Shown here piece after piece: positions 49,062 through 58,736 of a stretch of DNA of 64,000 nt. Numbering within the stretch: position 1 is the stretch's first letter; the number at the start of each line of letters is the position of its first letter. The notes beneath the pieces are model-generated. The model did not search any database. It was not told the DNA's origin and saw only the letters and a program-made list of their open reading frames with translations. The stretch lies in assembly GCA_963764715.1 (NCBI GenBank), contig CAVXTP010000006.1, positions 160,001 to 224,000 on the forward strand, given 5' to 3'. The stretch is from an uncultured Acidobacteriota bacterium (GTDB lineage Bacteria > Acidobacteriota > Thermoanaerobaculia > UBA5066 > Gp7-AA6). The position numbers and the translations under genes are program-made.

Positions 49062-52000
49062 CTAGAACGGATACCCGATGGACAGAAACACACGCCCCGT
49101 CTCCCGGGTCGTGGCCTTCTGAATGAGTACACAGGGAGAGGGGTCGCAAGGCGTGCCGTCCGCGTTCTGGGTCGCCGTGACCCTGTAGTCGATGTCGCGC
49201 AATTGCACGGGCCTCGCATACTCGAGGCGCAGCGGACCGATGGGGGTCATGTAGTGGAGGCCGGCGCCGATCGACTGTCGCAGGCCCGTTCGGAGCTGCG
49301 CCGGCACATTCGGGTCGCCCTCGATCGTGAAGTTGATGCCGCTCGCCCTCGCCCAGACCTGAGCGAGGTCGTAGAAGACCGACACACCCAGGTTGCCGAG
49401 AATGGGAAAACGGTACTCGAGAGTCCAGGCCATGAAACCGTTGCCGCCGATGATCCGGGGCCCTGGCGTACAGTCGTAGAGCGCGAGGTCAGGATTGGGG
49501 TCCGTCGGATACTGCTCGGCGCACGTGCCCACAGCCCCCTTCTTCGGTACAGCCTGGGTGTTGTAGTCGACCGTGTCCCCGGGAATGCCGGCGAGATCGG
49601 TCGCGAATCCCCGACCCGTCGACGAACCTCCGGAGTAGAAGCGCTCCGCGATCGGAACCGGGATCCGGTCTTCGGGGGGTGTGACGTCATAGCCCCCGAG
49701 GCCGTACGGGTAGATCCCGCCCATCTTGAACGAGGTCCCGAGCACGCCGCCGAAGATGCTCTTGAACCAGGCCGCCTGGCCCGAGACTTTTCCGTACCGC
49801 GCGTCGGCCGAGGCGAACGGGAAGGCGTACTTGCCGGCGAGCGTCGCGTACCAGCCGGAGTGCGGGTCGAGGATGTCGTCCCGCCGGTCGTAGAAGAAGC
49901 TCGGGCCGACCGCGGACTGCTTGATCGGGAAGGCCGTCTTGGGAAAGCGCTCGACCTCGATCGTCGAGAGGTCCTCCGGATTCTGCGGCCCCTGCACCTG
50001 GTACTCGTAACGCAGTCCGAGCTTGAGGTACCGGCCCCAGGGCCGAACGGTCTCGATGTACCCCCCGTAGCTGTCGACGTTGACGTCCTGGATCGGCAGG
50101 CGGCTCGCGAAGCCGACGACGCTGATCGGGATCCTGGAGTCGAAGGCGTAAGGATCCAGGAACCGCGCGAAGAGATAGCCGCGCGTCGAAATCGGCGCGT
50201 ACTGCACCTCGAGCGAGGCGGACTGCATTCGCCCGAAGAGGTTGCGGTAGGTCAGGCCGGCGATGCCGAAGACGTCGTTGCGGTTGACGTCGGCGCCGGC
50301 GGCGTAGAGGTACCCGAAGCCGTACAGGAGCGACAGCCTCCGCGCTTCGGCTACCTCGACGTCGATGTTGCGCGTCTGGGTCTCGGGATTGGCGGGCTGG
50401 GGGCGGACGTCGATCGAGCGGAAGACCCCCGTGCGCGCCAGGTTTTGCTGCGTGTCGGCGACCTTCTCCTCCGAGAAGGGCTCGCCCTCCTTCCAGGCGA
50501 TCTGCTTGCGAATTCGCTCGACCTCGGTCACGGCGTTTCCGCGGATGATCGTGCGCCCGAAGAACGACCGCTCGCCCTCCTCGACGCGGTACTCGACGTC
50601 GACCTTCGTCCGGTCCTCCGAGAGCGTGTACTTGTCCTGCACCGTCGCGGCGGCCCAGCCCGTGTTGCGGTAGCGGCTCGTCAGCGCGGCGACGTCGCGG
50701 CGCACGTCGACGGGATTGAAGGGCTCCCCCACCTTGACGGTCAGAAGGGCCGCGAGGTCCTCGGGCTGCAGGTGCTCGGCGCCCTCCACCCGGCGCTCGG
50801 CGACGAACGCTCGGGGGCCCTCCGCGACGTCGATCCGCACGTCCAGGCTCCCGGGCTCGGGGCCGTCGGTGACCTTCGAAGTCACTCGCGCGTCGACCCA
50901 GCCGCGGGTCTGGTAGTAGCCCAGGATCGTCGAGACGTCGCCGGCCAGATCTTCGTCGGTCAGGTGGCCCTTGGCCACGAGCGGAAGGCCCTTCGTCCGC
51001 GTCACCATGAGATCGCGGAGCGTCTTCTCCGGCACGGAGACGTCGCCGGCGATCTCGATCGCCTCGACGGCGTATTTCGCTCCGGGCTCGACCGCGAGCC
51101 GGACGACGACCGGATCGGTCCCGTCGGCCTTCGCCGAGACCGTGGCGCGGTAGCGTCCGGAGCGCTGGAGCTCGCCGCGTCGGTCGGTCGCCCACTGCTC
51201 CAGGAGGTCCTCGTCGAAGGGCTGCACCTCGAGGAGGGCGAGGATCTGCTTGCGGGCCGCCTTCTCCTTGAGGCCCGTCGCCTGCAGCTCGAAGAGCGGC
51301 CCCACGGAGATGCGGAAGACGGGCCGGATGCGGCCGTCTTCCGTGGGCTCCGCGGCGATGAGCTCGACCGAGGCCCGGAACCGGCCCTGGGAGAGGAGGT
51401 ACTTCCGCAGCCTCTCGGCGTCGTCCCGGGCTTTCCCCTCGCGGTACACGTCGCCCGCGCCGAGCTTCATCCGCTTCTCGAGCTCCGCCGCAGAGAACGG
51501 AGCCGTGTCGCCGTCGAAGAACGGCTCGGTGACGCGCGCCCGCTTCCCGGCCGAGATACGGTAAACGACCCTGACGGTGAACTCCTTGTCGTCGAAGACC
51601 GCCTCCGGCTCGACGACCGGCTCGATGTAGCCCTCCGCCGCCAGCCGGCGCTCGAGCGCGGCGGCCCCGGCCTCCAGCGCCGAGGCGTTGAACGGGTCGC
51701 CCGCCGACAGCGGAACCACGCGGCGCAGATCTTCGCGCGTGGGCGCGAACTTGCCGTCGAACTCGACCGTCCGCACGATGTACGAGCGCCACAGGTAGAC
51801 CGTGACCGCGAGCCCGCCGTCCGGCAGCAGCTCGGCGTCGACGGCGACGTTCGAGTAGCGGCGCGTGCCGTAGAGGTTCCGGATCGTCGCTCCGGTCTCG
51901 AGCTCCGTGAGCGGCCGCCCGGCGACGATCGCGATGAGCGCGCCGACCTCGCCCGCGTCGACCTCGCCATCGCTCACGTACTCGACGGATTCCACGACCT

Positions 52001-52097
52001 TGCCGTACTGCCCGGGACCCGGATCGGCGCCGACGGCGGGGGCGACCCCGGCCGCGAGGCCGCCGAGGAGAAGGACCGCCGGGAGTACGCGCCGCAT
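49062..52097 (-). CDS. Omp85 (BamA/TamA)-family outer-membrane protein with multiple POTRA domains
   Basis: Signal peptide MRRVLPAVLLLGG, POTRA-like repeats, ERFYSGG..RGF, TPIGPLRLEYA, terminal SIGYPF. TGATG-coupled to tamB. Confidence 0.88.
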   Translation of the reverse strand: MRRVLPAVLLLGGLAAGVAPAVGADPGPGQYGKVVESVEYVSDGEVDAGEVGALIAIVAGRPLTELETGATIRNLYGTRRYSNVAVDAELLPDGGLAVTVYLWRSYIVRTVEFDGKFAPTREDLRRVVPLSAGDPFNASALEAGAAALERRLAAEGYIEPVVEPEAVFDDKEFTVRVVYRISAGKRARVTEPFFDGDTAPFSAAELEKRMKLGAGDVYREGKARDDAERLRKYLLSQGRFRASVELIAAEPTEDGRIRPVFRISVGPLFELQATGLKEKAARKQILALLEVQPFDEDLLEQWATDRRGELQRSGRYRATVSAKADGTDPVVVRLAVEPGAKYAVEAIEIAGDVSVPEKTLRDLMVTRTKGLPLVAKGHLTDEDLAGDVSTILGYYQTRGWVDARVTSKVTDGPEPGSLDVRIDVAEGPRAFVAERRVEGAEHLQPEDLAALLTVKVGEPFNPVDVRRDVAALTSRYRNTGWAAATVQDKYTLSEDRTKVDVEYRVEEGERSFFGRTIIRGNAVTEVERIRKQIAWKEGEPFSEEKVADTQQNLARTGVFRSIDVRPQPANPETQTRNIDVEVAEARRLSLLYGFGYLYAAGADVNRNDVFGIAGLTYRNLFGRMQSASLEVQYAPISTRGYLFARFLDPYAFDSRIPISVVGFASRLPIQDVNVDSYGGYIETVRPWGRYLKLGLRYEYQVQGPQNPEDLSTIEVERFPKTAFPIKQSAVGPSFFYDRRDDILDPHSGWYATLAGKYAFPFASADARYGKVSGQAAWFKSIFGGVLGTSFKMGGIYPYGLGGYDVTPPEDRIPVPIAERFYSGGSSTGRGFATDLAGIPGDTVDYNTQAVPKKGAVGTCAEQYPTDPNPDLALYDCTPGPRIIGGNGFMAWTLEYRFPILGNLGVSVFYDLAQVWARASGINFTIEGDPNVPAQLRTGLRQSIGAGLHYMTPIGPLRLEYARPVQLRDIDYRVTATQNADGTPCDPSPCVLIQKATTRETGRVFLSIGYPF

Positions 52098-55000
52098 CAG
52101 AGGCGCTGGCGCTTCCGGAACGTGACCGAGAAATTGCCGTCCTCGTCCCGCAGGAGCTGGATGAAGACGGAGTCGCTGACCTGCCACTCGACGCGGATGA
52201 TCGGGTCCTTGCTCGAGTCGACCGCGATCGACGACGTGACCGTCAAATCCTGGGTGATCTTCTTGCCGATCGTCGTCCGAAAAGTCGTCAGGGTGCTGCC
52301 CTCGAAGACCGGGTCGATCTGGAACCGGTCGAGCTTGAAGATCTCCTTCCCGCCGCGGGTGATTCCGCCGGTCACCGCGCCCGAAACGAGGCCGCCCGCC
52401 GCCGACACGAGCTGGTCGGTGGTCTTGGACTGCTCCCGCGTATCGGGCGGCGTCCCCGACAGGATGAGGCCCAGGATCTCGTCGTTGGTCAGGGGCGGGT
52501 CGGACGTGAAGGTCGCCGACACGCGGGGCCAGGTTCCGGCGAGCGACACGACCAGGTCGTACCCCTTGACGTCGGCGCGCGCGCGCAGATCGACGAAGGG
52601 CGCGATCCGCGTCGTGTTGGAAAAGGTGATCGCGCCGGCCTCGATCTCGTAGCGGATGTCCGAGAACACCACCCGGCCGCCTTCGTCGAGTAAGATCTGC
52701 CCGAGGAGAACCGGATCCGCGAGCGTGCCGCGGGCCGTCAGGTCGACGGTCCCCGAAAGACGGGCGACGTTGTTCCGAACTTCGAGAGCCGCCGCCGACA
52801 CGATGCGCACGTCGAGCGCGGTGCGCTCCTTCCAGGGCTCCCGCGCCGCCAGGGCGCCCGTGGGACGGCTCTTCGACAGCAGGTCGGACACCGTGAGGTC
52901 GACGTCCTTCGTGTACGTCCCGCGGAGCAGCGTGACCTCGCCCCGGATCTCCCGGTCCTGCGGATCGCCCGAGACGACCAGGTCGGCGTCGACGACCAGG
53001 CGGAGCGCCGGGATCGCCCGGACCGAGACCCTCCGGCCCTGGACCGCCAGGCGGTAGCTCGCGATCGAGCTGCCGTCGAGTCGGAAGCTCCCGGCCACGA
53101 ACGCCTCGCCCTCGGCGACGCGCGCGCGCAGGCCGTCGACCTCACCTGACGAGCCGATCAACCGCACCGTTCCCTCGATGTCGTCGAAGGAGTAGCCGGC
53201 GAAGCGGTACTTGCCGTCGGCCAGTCGGATCGAGCCGTTGAACGCGGGCTCGTCGACCGTCCCGCTCGCGGCCACGTCGACCGTCAGGTGTCCCGCCAGG
53301 CCGACGCCCGGCTGCACGAGCTCGAGCACGGCGGCATCGGCCGTTCCGGAGAGGCGGCCTTCGATCGTCTTGGCGGCGCCGGAGGCGTCGAGCACGCCGC
53401 GCACGGTGAAGTCGCTCTCCTGGCCGACGGCGTGGAGCTCCTCGAGCGTGATCCGTCGGTCGGCGATCCGGATCCTGGCGGGCCCGGAGGTCGCGAGCAC
53501 GCCCGGGCGGCCGCGCGCGTCGAGACGCGCCGCGGTCACCGTCACCTCCCCGGCGACCGGCGACTCGTCGTCCGGCCAGTCGAACCGTCCGCGCGCGCTG
53601 AGGGCGCCGCCCACGCCTTCGGGAAGTTCGAGGGGCGTGAAGAGCGCGAAAGAGGCGAAGTCGGTCGCCTCGAGCTCTGCCTCGACGCGGCCCGGCGTCC
53701 CCAGCGGCTCGCCCGTTCCCTTCAACGTCCAGTGGCCCGGCACCGACACGGTCCCCGACAGCTCTCCCTTCGAGAGCCGCGCTTCGAGGCGGGGCGCGAG
53801 ATCGGGCGGGATCGCGCGGCCGTGGAAGCGGGCCTCGGTGAGCTGCGCCGAGACCGTCAGGTCCGGCCGGTCGAAGGAGCCCGAGCCCGTCAGCTCGAAG
53901 GTCAGCTTGCCCGAAAGCTCGTCGGAGACCTTCGCCACCGCGTGCAGCTCCTCGATCGGCACGGCGTCGCCGGCCGCCCGCACCTCGAAGGTCTTTTCCC
54001 GGAGCGCGATCGCGCCCCGTCCCCCGAGCGTTCCGCCGTCGAGCTCCGCGCGGACCTCCTCGAGCTCGAAGCGGCCCGGCGAAAGCGTCGCGCGTCCGAC
54101 CGCCCGCGGGATCGGCTGTCCCCACACGACGGCGTCTTCGAGGATCATCAGGCCGCCGCCCGACACGTCGTTGGGAGGCGTGCCCGCGAACGGAAAGCTT
54201 CCGGAGAGGCGCCCGGTGATCGGGTAATCGAGGTCGAGATAGTCGAGGAGACGCTCGATCGGGTAGTCCTTGGCGGTGGCGGTCAGGTCGAACCGGGGGC
54301 GCGAGGGATCGCGGCGATAGCGCGCCGTGCCCTCGAGCGAGACCGTCGCGCTCCCGTCGTAGACGCGCAGTGGATGGAAGAAGAACGCGCCCCCGCTCAT
54401 GTCCGCCGCGCCCCGGACGCTTCCGAAGAGGACGCCGGCGTAGCGAGTGTTCTCGGCCGCGATCAGGGACGTCAGGTCGGGGTCGCCCCAGGATTTCGAG
54501 ATGTGTCCCTCGATCTCGCCGCTGCCGCCGAGGCCCAGGAGATCAGGCGCGTTTCCGGCCGCGGCCATGAAGTTCTGGAAGAGCCGGTCGACCTCGGCGA
54601 GGTCGCGGGAGCGCAGGCGAAAGTCGAAGTCCGGCGTCCACTGGCCGATGCGCATGCCGCCGGTGAGCTCCAGGGTCGACGCCGGGAACCGGAAGAGGGT
54701 CGACTGGAATCCGAGGCGCCCGTCGACGACCGCGAGCGCGCCGCCGCCGGATGTCGGGATGCCGTAGCGGCCGCGGACGAGCGAAGCCGCCGGGCCGGGC
54801 TCGATCTGGACCGTCAGGCCCCCGTTCGCCCGCTCGAGCCCTCCCTCCGCCCACCGCAGCGCGATGCCGAGGGTGGCCTGCCCGGACAGGCCGGTGCCGG
54901 GCAGCTTGATGTCGCCGAAGAAGCGCTCGACCGCGATCCCGCGGACGTCGAGCGCGAGCGTCATGGGCTGGGGCCGCTTTCCTCCGGCCAGCCCCTCGAT

Positions 55001-56053
55001 CCGGTACACGCCCGTCGCCTGACCGCCCGCGTAGATCGCCTTCTCGATCCGACCGACCAGGGCCTCGGGCCGCGCGACGACCGTCGCCTCGATGTCGTCG
55101 ACCGGGAACCCCTTCGCGTCGATGTGCGCCGACCCGAGCTTCCCCGCGATGCGGAAGCCGCCCCGCGGCGGGATGCGGACCTCCGCCCGGACCGAGGCGT
55201 CCCCGGTGAACCCGAGACCCGAGCGGAAGATGCGCTCGACTTCCCCGACGTGGAGCTCTCCCGAAACGAGCAGCAGGGTCGTGGGGTCCTTGAAGTCGTC
55301 GACGGACCCGGAGGCATTCAGCTCGCCGAACTCGCCGACGACGCGGAGCGCTTCGATCGAGGCCCCCCGCGCGGCGTCGAGCCGGAAGCGCAGGTCGAGG
55401 CCGAACACCATGGGCTCGGAGGCGGGCAGGTCGAGCTGCACGCGGCGGCAGGCCAGGGTGCCGTCGTAGCGCCGCTCGCCGAGCGACGAAAGCTCCAGCG
55501 CGAACTCGTCGAGGCGCCCGTCGATGCCCGTCACCCGGCCTTCCATCTGAAAGACGCCCCGCTGCACGACGAGCTCGCCGACCCGGACCGAGAGCCCGCC
55601 CTTCTCCGCCGGCCCCGTCAGGCCCGGCGGCAGGTTCCAGGTTCCGTCGTCGAACTGGACGAGACTGATGCGCGGAGCGACCGCCCGGACGCGGCCCAGG
55701 CGGAGCTCGCCGCTCGTCACCGAGACGCCACCGCCGATCGTCAGCTCGGCCGCCGAGAGCAGCGGCTCGCCGCCGAGCCGGGGGTCGTTCGCGACGCGCA
55801 CGTCGGCGAGCTGGATCGAGGGCGGAAAGACGTGAAAGTCGACGCGCCGGAAGGTCACCGGCCGTTTCAGCAGCTCCGAGAGACGCTGCTGCGAGACGCC
55901 CTGCAGGAGGGTCTGGAACCGGTCCGAGTTCCAGATCGAATAGGCGGCGAGGACGAGGAACGAGACGAGGATCAGGAAGAGACGCCGCGCGGAGAGGAGC
56001 TGAGCCTCGTGGGGCGTTTCTTCCCGGCCGTCGCCTGCGCCCTGGCCCGACAT
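52097..56053 (-). CDS. tamB: Translocation/assembly module TamB (AsmA-like)
   Basis: N-terminal TM, a long Gly-rich beta-taco region, and a C-terminal DUF490-like segment (SDPPL...ILGLILSG...TIGKKIT). Confidence 0.82.
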   Translation of the reverse strand: MSGQGAGDGREETPHEAQLLSARRLFLILVSFLVLAAYSIWNSDRFQTLLQGVSQQRLSELLKRPVTFRRVDFHVFPPSIQLADVRVANDPRLGGEPLLSAAELTIGGGVSVTSGELRLGRVRAVAPRISLVQFDDGTWNLPPGLTGPAEKGGLSVRVGELVVQRGVFQMEGRVTGIDGRLDEFALELSSLGERRYDGTLACRRVQLDLPASEPMVFGLDLRFRLDAARGASIEALRVVGEFGELNASGSVDDFKDPTTLLLVSGELHVGEVERIFRSGLGFTGDASVRAEVRIPPRGGFRIAGKLGSAHIDAKGFPVDDIEATVVARPEALVGRIEKAIYAGGQATGVYRIEGLAGGKRPQPMTLALDVRGIAVERFFGDIKLPGTGLSGQATLGIALRWAEGGLERANGGLTVQIEPGPAASLVRGRYGIPTSGGGALAVVDGRLGFQSTLFRFPASTLELTGGMRIGQWTPDFDFRLRSRDLAEVDRLFQNFMAAAGNAPDLLGLGGSGEIEGHISKSWGDPDLTSLIAAENTRYAGVLFGSVRGAADMSGGAFFFHPLRVYDGSATVSLEGTARYRRDPSRPRFDLTATAKDYPIERLLDYLDLDYPITGRLSGSFPFAGTPPNDVSGGGLMILEDAVVWGQPIPRAVGRATLSPGRFELEEVRAELDGGTLGGRGAIALREKTFEVRAAGDAVPIEELHAVAKVSDELSGKLTFELTGSGSFDRPDLTVSAQLTEARFHGRAIPPDLAPRLEARLSKGELSGTVSVPGHWTLKGTGEPLGTPGRVEAELEATDFASFALFTPLELPEGVGGALSARGRFDWPDDESPVAGEVTVTAARLDARGRPGVLATSGPARIRIADRRITLEELHAVGQESDFTVRGVLDASGAAKTIEGRLSGTADAAVLELVQPGVGLAGHLTVDVAASGTVDEPAFNGSIRLADGKYRFAGYSFDDIEGTVRLIGSSGEVDGLRARVAEGEAFVAGSFRLDGSSIASYRLAVQGRRVSVRAIPALRLVVDADLVVSGDPQDREIRGEVTLLRGTYTKDVDLTVSDLLSKSRPTGALAAREPWKERTALDVRIVSAAALEVRNNVARLSGTVDLTARGTLADPVLLGQILLDEGGRVVFSDIRYEIEAGAITFSNTTRIAPFVDLRARADVKGYDLVVSLAGTWPRVSATFTSDPPLTNDEILGLILSGTPPDTREQSKTTDQLVSAAGGLVSGAVTGGITRGGKEIFKLDRFQIDPVFEGSTLTTFRTTIGKKITQDLTVTSSIAVDSSKDPIIRVEWQVSDSVFIQLLRDEDGNFSVTFRKRQRL

Positions 56054-56062
56054 CAAGAAGGT

Positions 56063-56947
56063 CTACACGCCCCAGGAGAGCTTGCCGGCGAGCTGATCGA
56101 AATGATCGGTCTCGGGCGGACGCAGCAGCGTCACCGGGGCGGAGCTGGAACGAATGACCACCGTCAGGCCGGAGAGAATGGGAAAGCCCTCCTGCCCGTC
56201 GAGCGTCAGGTAGACGCCGCCGTCGCGGCGCTCGGGACCGACGACCCGGATGCGGATCTCCGTCGACGCGGGGACGACGAGGGGCCGCTGGGCCAGCGTG
56301 TGCGGGCAGATGGGCGTGATGACGTTGGCAGGCAGTTGCGGATGAAGGATCGGGCCGCCCGCCGAGAGGTTGTAGGCCGTCGAGCCCGTGGGCGTGGAGA
56401 CGATCACGCCGTCCGCGCGAAACTCGGCCACGACGCGGCCGTCGAGGGCGATCGCGAAGGTCGAGATCCGCGCGAGGGCCTCCCGGTTGAGGACCGCGTC
56501 GTTCAAGACCCGGTAGTGGCCGTGGTGCGGCCCGCGGCCGACCGTGACGTCGAGGACGCCGCGCCGGTCCTCGCGAAACCGGCCGGCGAGGACCTCGTCG
56601 AGGCGGCGAATCACGTCTTTCGAAGGGAGGCCCGCGAGAAACCCGAGGAGGCCGACGTTGACTCCGAGAAGCGGCGTTTCGGGCGGGGCCGTGCGCGCGA
56701 CCGAGAGGATGGTCCCGTCGCCCCCGAGGACGATCACGAGGTCGGTCTCCCGGGCGATCCGGGCCCGCGGCACTCCCCCGGTCCGGCCGAGGGCCTCGGC
56801 GGTTCCGTCCTCGAGGATCACCTTCCGCCCCCGGCGCTTGACGGCCCGCTCGATCGACGCCGCCAGCCGCAAGGCCGGGTCGGAGGCCGTCTTGGCCACG
56901 ATCCCGACGCGGGCAAACCTCGGCACGGAGGCCCGGGACCCCTTCAT
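56063..56947 (-). CDS. nadK: NAD(+) kinase
   Basis: LGGDGT, GVNVGLLGFL, LND, ADG..VSTPTGSTAYNLSAGGP, LDGQ. Confidence 0.93.
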   Translation of the reverse strand: MKGSRASVPRFARVGIVAKTASDPALRLAASIERAVKRRGRKVILEDGTAEALGRTGGVPRARIARETDLVIVLGGDGTILSVARTAPPETPLLGVNVGLLGFLAGLPSKDVIRRLDEVLAGRFREDRRGVLDVTVGRGPHHGHYRVLNDAVLNREALARISTFAIALDGRVVAEFRADGVIVSTPTGSTAYNLSAGGPILHPQLPANVITPICPHTLAQRPLVVPASTEIRIRVVGPERRDGGVYLTLDGQEGFPILSGLTVVIRSSSAPVTLLRPPETDHFDQLAGKLSWGV

Positions 56948-56952
56948 CCGCC

Positions 56953-57684
56953 TCAATTTACACGAAATCCGACGAGAAACTCGGCATTGCCGCGCGCGCC
57001 GAGGATCGGAGACGGGACCGCGCCGAGGCCCTCGAGTCCGAGCTCGCGGCCGGCCGCCTCGATCTCGGCGACCACCCGGCGCCGGGTCTCCTCCGACGTC
57101 ACGACGCCGCCGCGGGGCACTTCGCCGCGGCCGGCTTCGAACTGCGGCTTCACGAGGACGACGACCGCCGCGCCGGGCGCGAGGCGCGCGACGATCGCCG
57201 GGAGAATCAGGCGAAGCGAAATGAACGAGACGTCGGCGACGGCGAGATCCACCGGCTCCGGAACGTCGGCCGCCGAGAGGTTGCGGGCATTGACCTTCTC
57301 GCGCACGACGACGCGGGGATCCGCGCGCAGCCGCGCGTCGAGCTGGCCGTAGCCGACGTCGACCGCGTAGACCCGGGCGGCCCCCCGCTGGAGGAGGCAG
57401 TCGGTGAACCCGCCCGTCGAGGCGCCCACGTCGAGGCACGTCCGGCCCGCCGGGTCGAGGCCGAAGTGATCGAGGGCGTGCGCGAGCTTCACCCCTCCGC
57501 GCGAGACGTACGGATGCGGCGGGCCCGCCACCTCGACCACGGCGTCTTCGGGGACTCCCTCGCCGGCCTTCCCGGCCCGGCGTCCCTCGACCGACACGAG
57601 ACCGGCGAGGATCATCGCCTGCGCCTTCTCCCGCGTCGGCGCCAGGCCCCGCGCCACGAGCAGGAGATCGAGCCGCGTCTTCAA
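56953..57684 (-). CDS. tlyA: TlyA-family rRNA 2'-O-methyltransferase
   Basis: TTG start overlapping the upstream stop. RLDLLL S4 domain, YVSRGGVKL, LDVGASTGGFTD, DVSFISL, LVKPQFE. Confidence 0.93.
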   Translation of the reverse strand: MKTRLDLLLVARGLAPTREKAQAMILAGLVSVEGRRAGKAGEGVPEDAVVEVAGPPHPYVSRGGVKLAHALDHFGLDPAGRTCLDVGASTGGFTDCLLQRGAARVYAVDVGYGQLDARLRADPRVVVREKVNARNLSAADVPEPVDLAVADVSFISLRLILPAIVARLAPGAAVVVLVKPQFEAGRGEVPRGGVVTSEETRRRVVAEIEAAGRELGLEGLGAVPSPILGARGNAEFLVGFRVN

Positions 57685-58700
57685 AACGTGATCGCCACCT
57701 TCATCGCGCCTTCGAGCGTGCGGGCGCGCGCGAAGGCTTCCGGCGCGCGCTCGACCGGGAACCGGTGCGAGACGAGGTCGCCGACGCGGACCTGCCGGCG
57801 CGCGATCCAGTCGAGGGCCTCGGCCGTGTCGTCGGGCCCGCAGGAGTACGACGGAACGACCGACACCTCGCGAAAGTAGAGGTCGAAGAGGCCGGCGGCC
57901 CAGGTCTCGCCCGGCGGGGCCATCGTGAAGAGGAGGAGCGTTCCTCCCGGCGCGACGGCGTCGAAGGCCTCCTCGACGACCGAGCGCTTTCCCGGGCCGA
58001 CGAAGACGACGTCGAAGCCCGACGGCGCCACGCGCCGCGCCCCCTCGCGGAGCGATTCCCGCGAAACGTCGATGACGGCGTCGGCCCCGCTCGTTCCGGC
58101 CGCGGCGAGGCGCGAGGCGACGCGGTCCGCCCCCGCGATCGTCGAGGCCCCGAGGGCCCGCCCGAGCCGGACGGCGAGCTGCCCCGCCGGGCCGAGCCCC
58201 ACGCACAGCAGTGACTGTCCCCGGGCGAACCGCGCGCGGCGGAACGCCTTCACGACCGTCGCGAGCGGCTCCACGAAGCTCGCCTCCTCGTCCGAGACGC
58301 CGTCGGGGATCCGGGACGTGTCGCGGGCGAGGTTGCCCGCCGGCACCCGGACGAGCTCGGCCATGCCTCCCGGATCGAGCCTCGACGAGCGCCAGTCGGC
58401 GCAGTGGACGTAGCGTCCGGCGGCGCAGGCCGGGCAGTCCAGGCACGGAGCGTGGTGGTGCGGCGCCACGCGATCGCCGACGCGAAAGCCCGTCACGCCG
58501 TCGCCAAGCGCGGCGATCTCGCCCGCGACCTCGTGCCCCAGGATCGAGCCGGCCTTGCGGCGGACGTACCAGTCGAGGAGGTCCGAGCCGCAGATCCCGG
58601 ACACCCGGGTCCGCAGGAGCGCCTCTCCCGGGCCGATCCGGGGCTCGGGGAGATCGACGACCCCGACCGAGCCGTCGGCCTCGATGCGCACGGCTTTCAT
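57681..58700 (-). CDS. Zn-dependent alcohol/polyol dehydrogenase (MDR family)
   Basis: GICGSD, GHE, CLDCPAC...C structural Zn site, GLGPAG. Confidence 0.9.
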   Translation of the reverse strand: MKAVRIEADGSVGVVDLPEPRIGPGEALLRTRVSGICGSDLLDWYVRRKAGSILGHEVAGEIAALGDGVTGFRVGDRVAPHHHAPCLDCPACAAGRYVHCADWRSSRLDPGGMAELVRVPAGNLARDTSRIPDGVSDEEASFVEPLATVVKAFRRARFARGQSLLCVGLGPAGQLAVRLGRALGASTIAGADRVASRLAAAGTSGADAVIDVSRESLREGARRVAPSGFDVVFVGPGKRSVVEEAFDAVAPGGTLLLFTMAPPGETWAAGLFDLYFREVSVVPSYSCGPDDTAEALDWIARRQVRVGDLVSHRFPVERAPEAFARARTLEGAMKVAITF

Positions 58701-58736
58701 GCGCAGGGATTATGGGTCAGGCGAGGGGCCCGCGGT

